From: a virus
IMG/VR virus record: IMGVR_UViG_3300008261_001864
Coordinates: 35,444-99,443 of that record
Direction: 5' to 3' (one strand)
DNA length: 64,000 nt
The notes under the pieces were generated by a model. The model was given only the letters and a program-made list of their open reading frames with translations, searched no databases and had not been told where the DNA came from. The stretch's first letter is position 1, and every line of letters begins with the position of its first letter. Positions 48,701 to 56,943 of this stretch are shown here, piece after piece. Both the position numbers and the translations under genes were made by a program.

Positions 48701-49983
48701 TCGCACTCGGCCAAGTACATCTCGTCGTCGTTCAATGCACCCACGATCTGGGTGCTATCGAACGGGGTACCGCCCGCCGTCGTCGTCGTCGAGGCGGTCG
48801 AGTAGCTGGTGCCCCAATGAATGACCGACACATCCGTGGACGGGTTCGAGATCACGAAGTCCGTGTCTTGGATGTAGGAGGCGCGATCCGGCGAGTAGCC
48901 GCACAGCGAGACGGTGGTGACGAGGCTGTTCGGCAGGAAGTCGAAGGTGTCCTGCCAAGTGTTGGCGAAGTACGTCACCGTGACATTCGAGCCAGGGGCA
49001 GGGGGCAGCGTCAGGTAAACCTTGCCGTTCTGACCGTCCACCGCCGCAGGGATCGTCTGTAGGCCGTTGACCTTCACCACCACCTTGGAGGGGTCCGTCG
49101 TGGTGAGGCCACCACCCGAACCATCCACGATGGGACGGTTGAACACCGTAAAGACCGCGTTGCGGTTGGTCGCCGTGTAGTTCGACCACCCCATCGGGCC
49201 GTTCGCGGTGCCGTCAAGCACCTGGAGTTCCAAGGAGGTGACGAGACGGACGTGTTCGCCACCCTCGTTGTCGGTGAACACCGTCACCGTCAGGTTCGGG
49301 ATGCTGAGAGCGTCGATCTGCGCCTTGACGGACGTAGCCGTTAGAGTGCCGCTCGACAGCACCGCCGCGTACTGCGTGCCGTTCACCTTCAACTTCAAGG
49401 TGTCGTTGGTGTTGGCGATGATCTCGAAGGGACCCGCCGCAGGACTCAACAGCACGGCGTTCGAGCTAGAGACTTGAGCCGACACGTCGTCCGTGAAGGC
49501 CGTGTCGCCACGGTGGAAGAAGTAGGTGACTCGAACATCGTCGCTGGGCTGGGTCGGCACCTGTAGGGTGACGATGCCGCGCTGTCCGTTCACCTGTCCC
49601 ACCGCCGTCGGCAGGCCGTTCACCGTCACCGTCACGGTGCGGATGTCGTTCGTGACTCGACCGAGGCCAGAACCATCTACAAGCGGGAAGTTACGGACAC
49701 GGAACCGCGCCAGCGTGCCGTTCTGCTCACCCAACACAGGGTTGGCAGGGTTGGCATCACTCAGCACCCATTGGAGCGACACGTCCTCGCTGTTGATCTG
49801 CTGGTCGGCCGTCGAACTGGAACCACGCACGAGAGCGACGTTGCTCTGGGAGAGTTCCTCCTGCCCGACGCCGATGATGACGGGGATGCGAAGGCCAGCA
49901 ACAATGTTGGCGACGTTGGATTCGGTGAGCGTCCGCGTATAGACGCCAGGCGGGACATAAGTGACGAAAGGGCCGAGAGCCAT
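45730..49983 (-). CDS. Contractile tail sheath protein with multiple insertion domains
   Basis: N-terminal YVPPGVYTRT, IPVIIGVG; C-terminal ERMGFIG, IRIRQGLTT, NFVGTK, DPTVLQFEAYYQPVFPLLYIVLTFNL. Confidence 0.93.
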   Translation of the reverse strand: MALGPFVTYVPPGVYTRTLTESNVANIVAGLRIPVIIGVGQEELSQSNVALVRGSSSTADQQINSEDVSLQWVLSDANPANPVLGEQNGTLARFRVRNFPLVDGSGLGRVTNDIRTVTVTVNGLPTAVGQVNGQRGIVTLQVPTQPSDDVRVTYFFHRGDTAFTDDVSAQVSSSNAVLLSPAAGPFEIIANTNDTLKLKVNGTQYAAVLSSGTLTATSVKAQIDALSIPNLTVTVFTDNEGGEHVRLVTSLELQVLDGTANGPMGWSNYTATNRNAVFTVFNRPIVDGSGGGLTTTDPSKVVVKVNGLQTIPAAVDGQNGKVYLTLPPAPGSNVTVTYFANTWQDTFDFLPNSLVTTVSLCGYSPDRASYIQDTDFVISNPSTDVSVIHWGTSYSTASTTTTAGGTPFDSTQIVGALNDDEMYLAECERVIDTATVPATVSTTDFLLPEVPTMGNGRNTPLTMSVFEAVTNGRQDLTTNRPDLVEVYVGRDLQDAMSRPAVTVLTVDGANRLVSLKDPVPPDYLAFATFYYSRVADDSYTFTCKVPGAVGVGQYEVSSLNNPNLYQVRFGTKSGLAETVQWPRGAERVPDAFHTGVGTPASETVTVTFDQKDPTNAAYTIKGAEPYSFYTPYSATWTTKLNNVNYATNLADAAPAMLVGKHVTPDTGGNVIISAGNEVLSFDVDEVDISVTLTTGTRTPTQIKNEINAAIDADPAFAGTAPNNLCGFVQIAGTPGTGDIIFYIKSMTTPANFDDVSSVYIKQGTAQTTLGFKAFQKALGTIDATNKPATLLGSVVGPFAITTGVNDTFSVRVNGVDYTVTFPNGAAVTAATVASFINAACPGVASVATGPNLNKVRLTSTTNSDVSSLVILTGNANSVLGFTQNQMANQTRVTAQEVVNLLNDTASFMTAGIAYPSSIEGLNYITIESLTVGTATSSVAFVDSGATTSAFNPTTGTKVVAGTDGDVGQNATDIFTVTSNSAAGSSGDGVPGQTFTAPQTGLRFTVLPSTTGSYTTGGSFTMEVSPTFHVNPAVPFYAVPGMELTVANTVGVIPNDTGKLQTFAPTGVEPKIGDPYYLSYKFLKQDYSTRIFRQLKTIEANFGRTSAENRVTLAAYLAILNGALLVGIKQVLKVPNTNQASDLSYINALQELTLPLTGGVKPDIIVPLTSSAAVFSQLAQHCETQSLIQNQAERMGFIGFAANTPPQTAATVATGLNSNRVVAYYPDSAIVTLTDELGQSYDNLVDGTFIAAAVAGAVVSPSVDVATPYTRRRILGFTGIPRVMDPVEANQTAVKGVTLLEDSGGLIRIRQGLTTNMASALTRLPTVTQIADFVQQQSRIVLDNFVGTKFLASRTQEVEVTMTSLFKQLVEAEIVAAFTGIASTVDPNDPTVLQFEAYYQPVFPLLYIVLTFNLRAQL

Positions 49984-50045
49984 TTTGGAACTCCTCTGCG
50001 GGGTTGAAAGAAAGGATCATCCCATCTGGATTTTGCGCCTTGGGG

Positions 50046-50120
50046 CCGTTCCTGCTTCCGATCCGCGTCTGGGTGTATGGCCCGCAAGAGGCCGAAACTC
50101 TACGGATGCCCTTGGAACGG
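50046..50120 (-). ncRNA. Putative structured leader upstream of sheath gene
   Basis: CCGTTCC/GGAACGG, ATCCGT/GCGGAT, GGCCT/GGGCC stems; ACACCCAGACG. Confidence 0.4.
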
Positions 50121-50124
50121 TAGA

Positions 50125-50574
50125 TTATCGACTGCGGCTACGGTCCCGCGCCTCTGCCATAGTCTTGATGGCGTGCTTGGTTAGCTTGCGACGGGCCTCA
50201 CGGCCAACGTCGGTCATCGGCTCGTAGTCGATGAAGTCCTTGCCCTGATGCCGGATGAGGGCCGGTGAACCACCCATCTTGCGGGCGGCTTCCTTGACCT
50301 TCTTCTGCCCCTCGTAGGACTCCCATCGCTGGTCAGCGTCCCGACCTACAATCTGGTCTGCGGTCGGGTAGTCATTCTTGTGGACCCCCGTGTTGCCGAT
50401 GGGTGCGGACTCGTTCTTGGCGAACGCAAAGCCAAATCCCTCCCCGTCCATGACACGGGGGGCAGGGTCCTTGCACTCAGGACAGGGGTGGTCCGTGTGG
50501 TCCCCCATCTTGAGGTTACGCTCGAAACGGAGGTTGCAGCCTTCGGCATGACACTCAAAGACGTACTTGGGCAT
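50125..50574 (-). CDS. FmdB-family zinc-ribbon protein
   Basis: MPKYVFEC....C...FE........CPEC. Confidence 0.8.
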   Translation of the reverse strand: MPKYVFECHAEGCNLRFERNLKMGDHTDHPCPECKDPAPRVMDGEGFGFAFAKNESAPIGNTGVHKNDYPTADQIVGRDADQRWESYEGQKKVKEAARKMGGSPALIRHQGKDFIDYEPMTDVGREARRKLTKHAIKTMAEARDRSRSR

Positions 50575-50592
50575 GGCTCATCCTATGTGGGT

Positions 50593-51753
50593 TTAGCGAA
50601 TCCTCTCGAAGTCATTGTTGAGGTTCGGGAGGACAGGTTGGGTCTGGAAGTAAAGGCCCGAGGTCAACGGGGTGATCCCGTGGGAGGTCTGGGTAGGCTC
50701 CTGTGTGACACGAGAGATCACAAACGGCACAGGAACGTGCATCTCCCAATCGGCGCGGAGTTGGAGCGAGATCGAGGCGTTGTAGTAGTAGGTGTCGCCC
50801 GTCTCATCGTAAGTTTCCTCGGCCTCCCCTCCCATCGAGATGTCCACCACCTCGATACCCTCGGTGGCGAGGTCCTCCTTCTTCTCGGCCCACAGCGACA
50901 TCACCAGAAGGTCCGCGATCTCCTCCATCTGGTTGGGGTCCTGTGCGATCACATCGACGTCGAAGTTGACCTCAAACTTGCCGCCGTATGCCTTGGCGGC
51001 CTCAACCCTGTCCTCGTAAACGACAATCGCCACCTTGTCGCCCACCTTGCCGCGCTTCCCGAACGCCATGACGACACCTGGCAGCGTCGTGTGATCCGAC
51101 CTGTTCCAGTAGTAGTCCACGGGGCCAATGCTGGGTGCGGGGTACCGATAGTCAGCAGTCAACGTCGTCTGAGGCGGGGTGCGGATCGCCAACGTGACAG
51201 CACCCGTCCGATAGTCCACGGTGTAATCGGTGCCCTCACGCAACAGGGTGTTCTTGCCTAGCCACAGGCGCAACGTCCCTTGGGCGGGGATGTTCTGGAG
51301 TTGGGCTTCTCGCTCAACCCCCGTGTCAAACTGGAGGAGAGCCTCGTCCGTGACGGTCAGCAGGGGGTCGATGATGAACTTGCCAAAGTCCTGCGGCGTC
51401 TCGGGGGCTTGCAGGATTTCGAGGTAGTAGATGCCCGCAGCGAGCGGGAACCCCCCGCCGTGTGCCTGCACGGCTGCGAGGTCCTCCCTGACCCACTCGA
51501 TGGGATAGACCGGCCCACCGACGTTCGTGAGCATCACATGGCTCTCGATGGTACCCATGAAGTTGTCAGCGGACAGGGCGACCTTGTTGGCCGACGCCCC
51601 CTTCACGACAATGCCGAACTGCGGGCGCTCGTCGAAGGCGTACTTGTTCTGTATGAACGGTGTCAGCTTCGAGTAGATGGGATGCCGTGAGTAGGTGTCC
51701 CGCAACTCGTTGATGAGCCGCCGCTTGAGAGCGCCGACCAAGTAGTAGAACAT
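50593..51753 (-). CDS. Tail completion/terminator-like protein
   Basis: Upstream of sheath; FDVDVIAQD...EEIADL...YYYNASISLQLRADWE; inserted GTDYTVDY.TG.VTL module. Confidence 0.55.
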   Translation of the reverse strand: MFYYLVGALKRRLINELRDTYSRHPIYSKLTPFIQNKYAFDERPQFGIVVKGASANKVALSADNFMGTIESHVMLTNVGGPVYPIEWVREDLAAVQAHGGGFPLAAGIYYLEILQAPETPQDFGKFIIDPLLTVTDEALLQFDTGVEREAQLQNIPAQGTLRLWLGKNTLLREGTDYTVDYRTGAVTLAIRTPPQTTLTADYRYPAPSIGPVDYYWNRSDHTTLPGVVMAFGKRGKVGDKVAIVVYEDRVEAAKAYGGKFEVNFDVDVIAQDPNQMEEIADLLVMSLWAEKKEDLATEGIEVVDISMGGEAEETYDETGDTYYYNASISLQLRADWEMHVPVPFVISRVTQEPTQTSHGITPLTSGLYFQTQPVLPNLNNDFERIR

Positions 51754-51756
51754 GGC

Positions 51757-52755
51757 CTACTCCTCGGAGGCCAGCACCAGCAGACCCTCCGCAACAGCCG
51801 TCATGGGGTCCGTCGCCAACCGAATCTCGGAGATCGGGATGGGGAACCCCTTTTTGTTCATGGAGTTGAACTCGTCCTTGAACACGTCGAGGAACCCACC
51901 GGCCCGCGTCGTCCCGCCGCTCACCACGAAGGGGATGGCCTCGGGGAGGTCGATGGAGGTGCGGGCGTTCTTGAACTGGACGACGATGTTCTCAAGGGTG
52001 TAGCGGATGAGCGCACGGATGTAGAGGGCGATGGCCTCCTCGTCACGGCCCTTGGGGTCCGCGAGGTTCACGCCCTTCTCTTTGAGACTGCACATACGGG
52101 CCGAAGTGCTGCCCATCGCCTTGGCGGCGTTGCGGTCGATCCAATCGCCGCCTCGGGCTAGGCTGAAATCCAAACCCTTGACCGTCTGGTACGCCAGAGC
52201 CGCGTTGCACATACCAGAGCCGTAGGACACGGCCAACCCGCTGAACTGCTCTGCGGCGCATTGGCTGTAGATGATCGCCATAGCCTCGTTCATGGGATGC
52301 GGCGCGTACCCATGCTCGGAGACGATCTTCCGAAACACCTCGGTGTGGTAGATGACATCCTGATCCGGGTCGTCGATGGGCGCGGCAGGCACCGAGTAGT
52401 AACAATGCTCCCCGTCCACCAGCGGCTCACCCAGCACGTTGTGGATGAGCAGGGAGAGGATTTCCTGTGCCTCGATCTCGCCCGACGCGATCACGCCTCG
52501 GCTCAGAGGACGACGGGCCTCGCGCTTGAACAGGTTTGCCATCGTGAGGGCCGAGTCGCCCAGCACCACGAGGTTGTCGTCCTTCTCGACGTAGTTGACC
52601 TTCGAGAGCCGCAGGGTCTTTTTGGCCTCAAGGTCGAGGTCGATGAAGGCGTCCCTGATACGCTTGGTTTCGACGCCACCACCGCTCATGCGGGCCGCCA
52701 CGATGTTCATGGTGCCAATGTCGAGGCCGACACCGGGCTTCGCAGTCTGACTCAT
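51757..52755 (-). CDS. Actin-like ATPase (MreB/MamK-related)
   Basis: GLDIGT, RRPLSRGVI, YSVPA, NEAMA, SYGSGM, GGDWID, VSGGT, PMTAVAEG; AAGGAA RBS (alternative ATG at 52872). Confidence 0.9.
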   Translation of the reverse strand: MSQTAKPGVGLDIGTMNIVAARMSGGGVETKRIRDAFIDLDLEAKKTLRLSKVNYVEKDDNLVVLGDSALTMANLFKREARRPLSRGVIASGEIEAQEILSLLIHNVLGEPLVDGEHCYYSVPAAPIDDPDQDVIYHTEVFRKIVSEHGYAPHPMNEAMAIIYSQCAAEQFSGLAVSYGSGMCNAALAYQTVKGLDFSLARGGDWIDRNAAKAMGSTSARMCSLKEKGVNLADPKGRDEEAIALYIRALIRYTLENIVVQFKNARTSIDLPEAIPFVVSGGTTRAGGFLDVFKDEFNSMNKKGFPIPISEIRLATDPMTAVAEGLLVLASEE

Positions 52756-52885
52756 CTGGGTTTCCTTTTTGGGTTTTCGGGCCTTGCCGCTCGGCTTGGT
52801 CCCGTCGGTCCACACGGCGGCACAGAGAGCCTCAAACTCCGGGTCGAACTTGTCGGTCGGGTTTGAGGCCATCTGTCTCGGGGTG

Positions 52886-54049
52886 TTAGTAGAGTTTGGG
52901 TTTGTAGTTCGATCCCACTTCTTCAAGGAACAAAACCCATTCCTCCCTCAGTTGCTCGGCGTACTTGGCGTCCTTGGACTTGTACTTTTCGATCTCTTTT
53001 TTGAAGGTACTAATGACGTACTCTCGACCCCGCTTGACAGTCTCGGCAATCAGAGCCTTGACGTACTCGGGGTCTTTGCCCTCGTTCATTTTCTTGACGG
53101 CGCGGCAAGCGTTGTCAATGCCCTTTCGGGCCTCCACGTTCATGTCGAAGTCAGCCTTGATAAAGTCAACCAAGCCTTTTTTGCGGTCACGGATGACCTC
53201 GATGATGTCGAGAACGTCGTCTTGGTCTAGCTTGGGACCACTTGCCTGCTTGGAAAGGTCGGACTCAAAGCGGGCGGTGACCTGTCGGGTCAGCAGTTCG
53301 TGCTTGAAGGCGTCCAATGGGTGCATAGTGGCTTCCTTTTGTCGAGTGGCATGAGTGGGGTGACCCATCATGGAGGCTTCCTTCATGGAGGACCGCTGCT
53401 TGAGCAGGTAGGCGAGGGACTCCTGCTTGTCTGCGATGCCCTGCAAGAGGTTGTCGATACCGTGGGAGAGCAGCCCCTTGTCCTCAAGGGCTGCGTAGGC
53501 GAGTTGCATGAGGACCGCTGACTTCATGAGCGCCCGCCACGACAGCAGCGGCATCTCCTGCGGGGTCGGCTGCACGGGGGCATCGCTGTAAAACAGCTTC
53601 GTGAACGTCATCATGTGGCTCATCTGGAGGAGGGGCTGCACCAAGATGGTGTCGCCCTTCCCGACGGCACGCTCGGCCAAGCCGTCGATGAGGCCGTTCA
53701 CTTCGCCGTAGATACGCTCAAACAGCAGATGGTCGCCGTAGTAGGTCTGGCCCCGAGTCTGCCAATGGTGGGCCTGGTGGATCATGGCCTCGGCCCGAAG
53801 GCTCGCCAGCAGTACGGCCAACTCGGCCATAGGGGTGCCGCCGAAGTCAGCCACACAATGCTGGAAGGCGACCTCCACATCGGTACCGACCTGTAGGGCC
53901 GCCTGTCGGACCCATCCACCAACCTCGCCCCCGTGAGCAGCGACCTTCCCGCCCACGATACCCGGTAGGTAGGGGGGTCCGTCCTTCAAGTAGTTGTAGG
54001 AGAGGGGATCGTGCAAAAGGGCGTAGGTCGAGTGGAGGTCATTCAGCAT
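52886..54049 (-). CDS. Dps/ferritin-like domain protein fused to Lys-rich C-terminal domain
   Basis: HQAHHWQTRG..YYGDHLLFERIY......DGLAER; possible second start at 53326. Confidence 0.75.
   Translation of the reverse strand: MLNDLHSTYALLHDPLSYNYLKDGPPYLPGIVGGKVAAHGGEVGGWVRQAALQVGTDVEVAFQHCVADFGGTPMAELAVLLASLRAEAMIHQAHHWQTRGQTYYGDHLLFERIYGEVNGLIDGLAERAVGKGDTILVQPLLQMSHMMTFTKLFYSDAPVQPTPQEMPLLSWRALMKSAVLMQLAYAALEDKGLLSHGIDNLLQGIADKQESLAYLLKQRSSMKEASMMGHPTHATRQKEATMHPLDAFKHELLTRQVTARFESDLSKQASGPKLDQDDVLDIIEVIRDRKKGLVDFIKADFDMNVEARKGIDNACRAVKKMNEGKDPEYVKALIAETVKRGREYVISTFKKEIEKYKSKDAKYAEQLREEWVLFLEEVGSNYKPKLY
53333..53368. repeat. 36-bp inverted repeat, left copy
   Basis: Reverse complement matches 56905..56940 at 35/36 positions. 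Confidence 0.95.
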
Positions 54050-54360
54050 TAGTCATCCATCCCAGCGAGGATGTCCATGAGGGCGGCCTTCTTGCCCTTG
54101 TTCTTCAACTCCTTGCCCAGATCAGCCAGCGTCTCCTTCTCGGGACGGCCACCGGCCTTGGCAGCACAAAGCGGACACTTGACGCCGCTGGTCTGCTTGA
54201 CGGTCAGGTAGAACTGGTGGGACTCGTCCTTCGAGCAGGTGTACTCAAACAGGTTCGCACCACCCTGCTTGGCCTCACTCTGCTTCTTGCCACCACGCTT
54301 GGCGACTCGGGACATCACGGACTCGGAAAAGTTCAACAGGCTGGCTTGACGCGGGTGCAT
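54049..54360 (-). CDS. Small basic zinc-ribbon protein
   Basis: AGGAGG RBS; EYTC....SHQF...KCPLC; TAATG coupling to next gene. Confidence 0.65.
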   Translation of the reverse strand: MHPRQASLLNFSESVMSRVAKRGGKKQSEAKQGGANLFEYTCSKDESHQFYLTVKQTSGVKCPLCAAKAGGRPEKETLADLGKELKNKGKKAALMDILAGMDD

Positions 54361-54397
54361 GGGAAATCCTCCTACAGGGGGTGAGAGAAAAGAAAGA

Positions 54398-55009
54398 CTA
54401 TTGCCGACCCTGGCGCAGTTTGCGGAGGGCATCCGCAGCCGTACCAAGGGACGAGTTCTCCGACGTCTCGGACTGCACCTCTGCGAGGCGGCCTTCGATG
54501 CCTTTGGGTTTGATCTCGGTAGGGATGAACGCCGGTACATCCACCTCCACGACACCAAACCCCACGGAGGTTGTGCGCCCAGACGAAGTGGACGCTGCGG
54601 GATTGGCGGCCATGACGGGCACCCCAGACCTCAAGAGGGTGAGGATTTGGTCGATGCGATCATCCTGTGGGGGCGGCGGGGGCGCAGGAGGCGTCTGTAG
54701 GGCTTGCTCCAAGGTTGCGACCATCTCCCGCAGCTTGGCGTTCTCGGCCTCCAGTTGCCGACACTTATCCTGCCAGACCTCGACGTTAGGGGCTGGGGCG
54801 ACTGTGGGCCGAACAGGACCTTGACTGACCGATCCCCCGTGCAGTTGAAAGACCCGCCGCTGCGAGATAGCCCTCCACAGGTCCTTTGAGACGGTAGCCC
54901 TGTTGGCAGGGATCGTCACAACCTGCCGGTGCGGAACGTCCATGCCGATGTCATAAAGGATGGTGGTGGTGACATCCAGCCCCACCACCGTAACGTCACC
55001 TTGCATCAT
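54398..55009 (-). CDS. Coiled-coil, Pro-rich hypothetical protein
   Basis: ATGA overlap with upstream gene; QLEAENAKLREMVATLE; ends ADALRKLR. Confidence 0.6.
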   Translation of the reverse strand: MMQGDVTVVGLDVTTTILYDIGMDVPHRQVVTIPANRATVSKDLWRAISQRRVFQLHGGSVSQGPVRPTVAPAPNVEVWQDKCRQLEAENAKLREMVATLEQALQTPPAPPPPPQDDRIDQILTLLRSGVPVMAANPAASTSSGRTTSVGFGVVEVDVPAFIPTEIKPKGIEGRLAEVQSETSENSSLGTAADALRKLRQGRQ

Positions 55010-55545
55010 CCACCACTCACTTGCCGCCGCAGTTGGGAAGCAATCTCGCGGGTTATCCGCTTCTTGATGACCGTGCGGGCTTCTCTGATGGCGCTGTCTA
55101 CAAGGTCGAGAGGCTTGCGGCCTGGGTGTACCCACCGACCATCCGACAAGGACTTCGCCGTAGCCGACCGAAAGATGACCTTACCAGACTCCGTGACGAT
55201 GGGAATGGGTGCCGTGGCCTTCCGCAACCAAGCCATCTGCTGCCTACGCTGGCCGTTCACTAGGTAGCCCCACAGGGGGTCCTTGACGACAACTTGCAGG
55301 CTTGCCGCCTTGATGCGCGTGGAGAGCGCCTTGGAGAGGCGCTTCTTGGCCCCATCCGAGTAGGCCGTCTGCTTGATCCTCGAACGAATCCGTTTGAGGA
55401 TTTCGCCGCTCAGTTTGTCGAGGGCGGCCTCGACGTCGTAACTCGGGTCGGCGGTAAGCCCACGGCTGTACGATCTCTTTACGGTAAGTTCGGGGGCTGC
55501 GAACGCCTTGCGAGGCTTGGCGGCTTTTACGAGAAACTTGCCCAC
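55006..55545 (-). CDS. Basic neck/morphogenesis protein (HK97 gp10-like)
   Basis: Very basic; RWVHPG near C-terminus; follows neck gene. Confidence 0.5.
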   Translation of the reverse strand: MGKFLVKAAKPRKAFAAPELTVKRSYSRGLTADPSYDVEAALDKLSGEILKRIRSRIKQTAYSDGAKKRLSKALSTRIKAASLQVVVKDPLWGYLVNGQRRQQMAWLRKATAPIPIVTESGKVIFRSATAKSLSDGRWVHPGRKPLDLVDSAIREARTVIKKRITREIASQLRRQVSGG

Positions 55546-55547
55546 GG

Positions 55548-56906
55548 CTAATACTCGATGTTCTCCCAGACCTTAGTGCGACCACGGAGTTCGCGCTCGT
55601 CTGGGATGTTGGGCTTGTCGGTGATGGGCGTCGGACCACCCTCCTCGGGCGGCGTGGGGCCGAACTGAACAGCCGTGTAACGCACAGGGTTGTCCATCGG
55701 GACCTTGTAGCGGATGTCCTTCTCGTCGAGGTGGCCGATGTTGAAGTGCTGCTGGAGGACCATGCCTCGGTTGGTCGGCATCCTGACCGCGCCGATGCTG
55801 TACCGCTCCCCATTGATCTTCACGAGGAAGTCTCGCATCGACAGGAGCGGTACAGGACCGGCCCACGCCTCGTAGGTGTGTTCGACGGTGCGGCCAATGT
55901 CCTTCTGCGAGATACGCTTCTCGGCATCGTCGGGGGCGATGATGGACTCGTATGGACCCTCGTAGCCGCCAAGGAACCCCGTCCCGTAACACCGCAGACA
56001 ATCGGACTGCGGTTGCTTGTGGTGGGTGTCGGGGATGCAGGGACAGGGTAGGCCGACGTTCTTGCGTAGGAACAGTCGGACCCGCTCGCCACCCTGCTCC
56101 AAAATCCAGCGGTTCCGGCGCACGGCCTCCCGCCAGATGAAGTCGAGTTTCTCGATCTCTTGGTTGGAGGTCGCCGCAGCGTTCTCCAGCGGTGTCTCGA
56201 TGAAGTCGCTTTCGGACAGGTCGCTCAGACGACAGCCAGGCGGGATGCCCACCGCGCAGACACGGTAAAAGACCCGCTGGGCCAAGTCAGTACGGAGCAG
56301 CGACTTGGTTCGCCGGTAACTGACCGTAACCTTCTCGGCCTTGTTGGCAGGTAGGACGGCCGGATCGTAGTTCTGCAAGGCTACGTTCGAGAACTCACGG
56401 GGGTCGATCTGCACCTCTCCCGAGAACCCATCGACGGCTAGAACACGGGCGCGTCGATCTCCGACGAACACCATAACGTCGTCGGGGTCCTGCGTGGGGG
56501 TGTTCTGGGACCCCGCCTTCACGATGGGCGCATAGAGGGTCTTGAACGAGTACCGTGTGGGACCCTCCTCGGAGGTAGGTTTCCCAAAGTACATCCAACT
56601 AGACGGGACTACGAACTCCTCTACCAACTCCACGTCGGTCTGGTCCCGCCAGAAGGTTGTCCCGACGGGTACCTGCGTGAGCCGGTGGTAGGGGCCAAAC
56701 TCGGAGTCGAAACTCCGATAGACGTTGACGCCCACGAGGTTCCAATCGCTGTTGAGCGACAGGGCAGATGGGTCATCCCATCGAAGATCGTACACGCCTG
56801 GCCGCCACCCACTCGTCAAGAACAGGTTGAGAGGGGGCAGCGGCCACGGCGCACGGGTGATCTCTAGGGACGATGGATTACGGTCACGGTTTGTTGAGTA
56901 CGGCAT
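55548..56906 (-). CDS. Neck/head-closure protein with zinc finger
   Basis: GERVRLFLRK..G.PCPC...DCLRCYGTGFLGGY; N-terminal FN3-like GVNVYRS. Confidence 0.65.
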   Translation of the reverse strand: MPYSTNRDRNPSSLEITRAPWPLPPLNLFLTSGWRPGVYDLRWDDPSALSLNSDWNLVGVNVYRSFDSEFGPYHRLTQVPVGTTFWRDQTDVELVEEFVVPSSWMYFGKPTSEEGPTRYSFKTLYAPIVKAGSQNTPTQDPDDVMVFVGDRRARVLAVDGFSGEVQIDPREFSNVALQNYDPAVLPANKAEKVTVSYRRTKSLLRTDLAQRVFYRVCAVGIPPGCRLSDLSESDFIETPLENAAATSNQEIEKLDFIWREAVRRNRWILEQGGERVRLFLRKNVGLPCPCIPDTHHKQPQSDCLRCYGTGFLGGYEGPYESIIAPDDAEKRISQKDIGRTVEHTYEAWAGPVPLLSMRDFLVKINGERYSIGAVRMPTNRGMVLQQHFNIGHLDEKDIRYKVPMDNPVRYTAVQFGPTPPEEGGPTPITDKPNIPDERELRGRTKVWENIEY

Positions 56907-56940
56907 GGGTCACCCCACTCATGCCACTCGACAAGAGGAA
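56905..56940. repeat. 36-bp inverted repeat, right copy (leader of neck gene)
   Basis: atgggtcaccccactcatgccactcgacaagaggaa. Confidence 0.95.
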
Positions 56941-56943
56941 CCG

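Noticed and set aside
8489-49983. Extracellular contractile injection system, tailocin or T6SS
   Set aside because: Head-tail adaptor/neck-like genes present, no Afp15-type AAA ATPase or Tss membrane genes, no host genes; fits a large phage better, although capsid, portal and terminase are outside the window
52829-52869. Hairpin GCCTCAAAC/GTTTGAGGC before the actin gene as a terminator
   Set aside because: Large loop, no U-tract, and may lie in coding sequence if ATG 52872 is used
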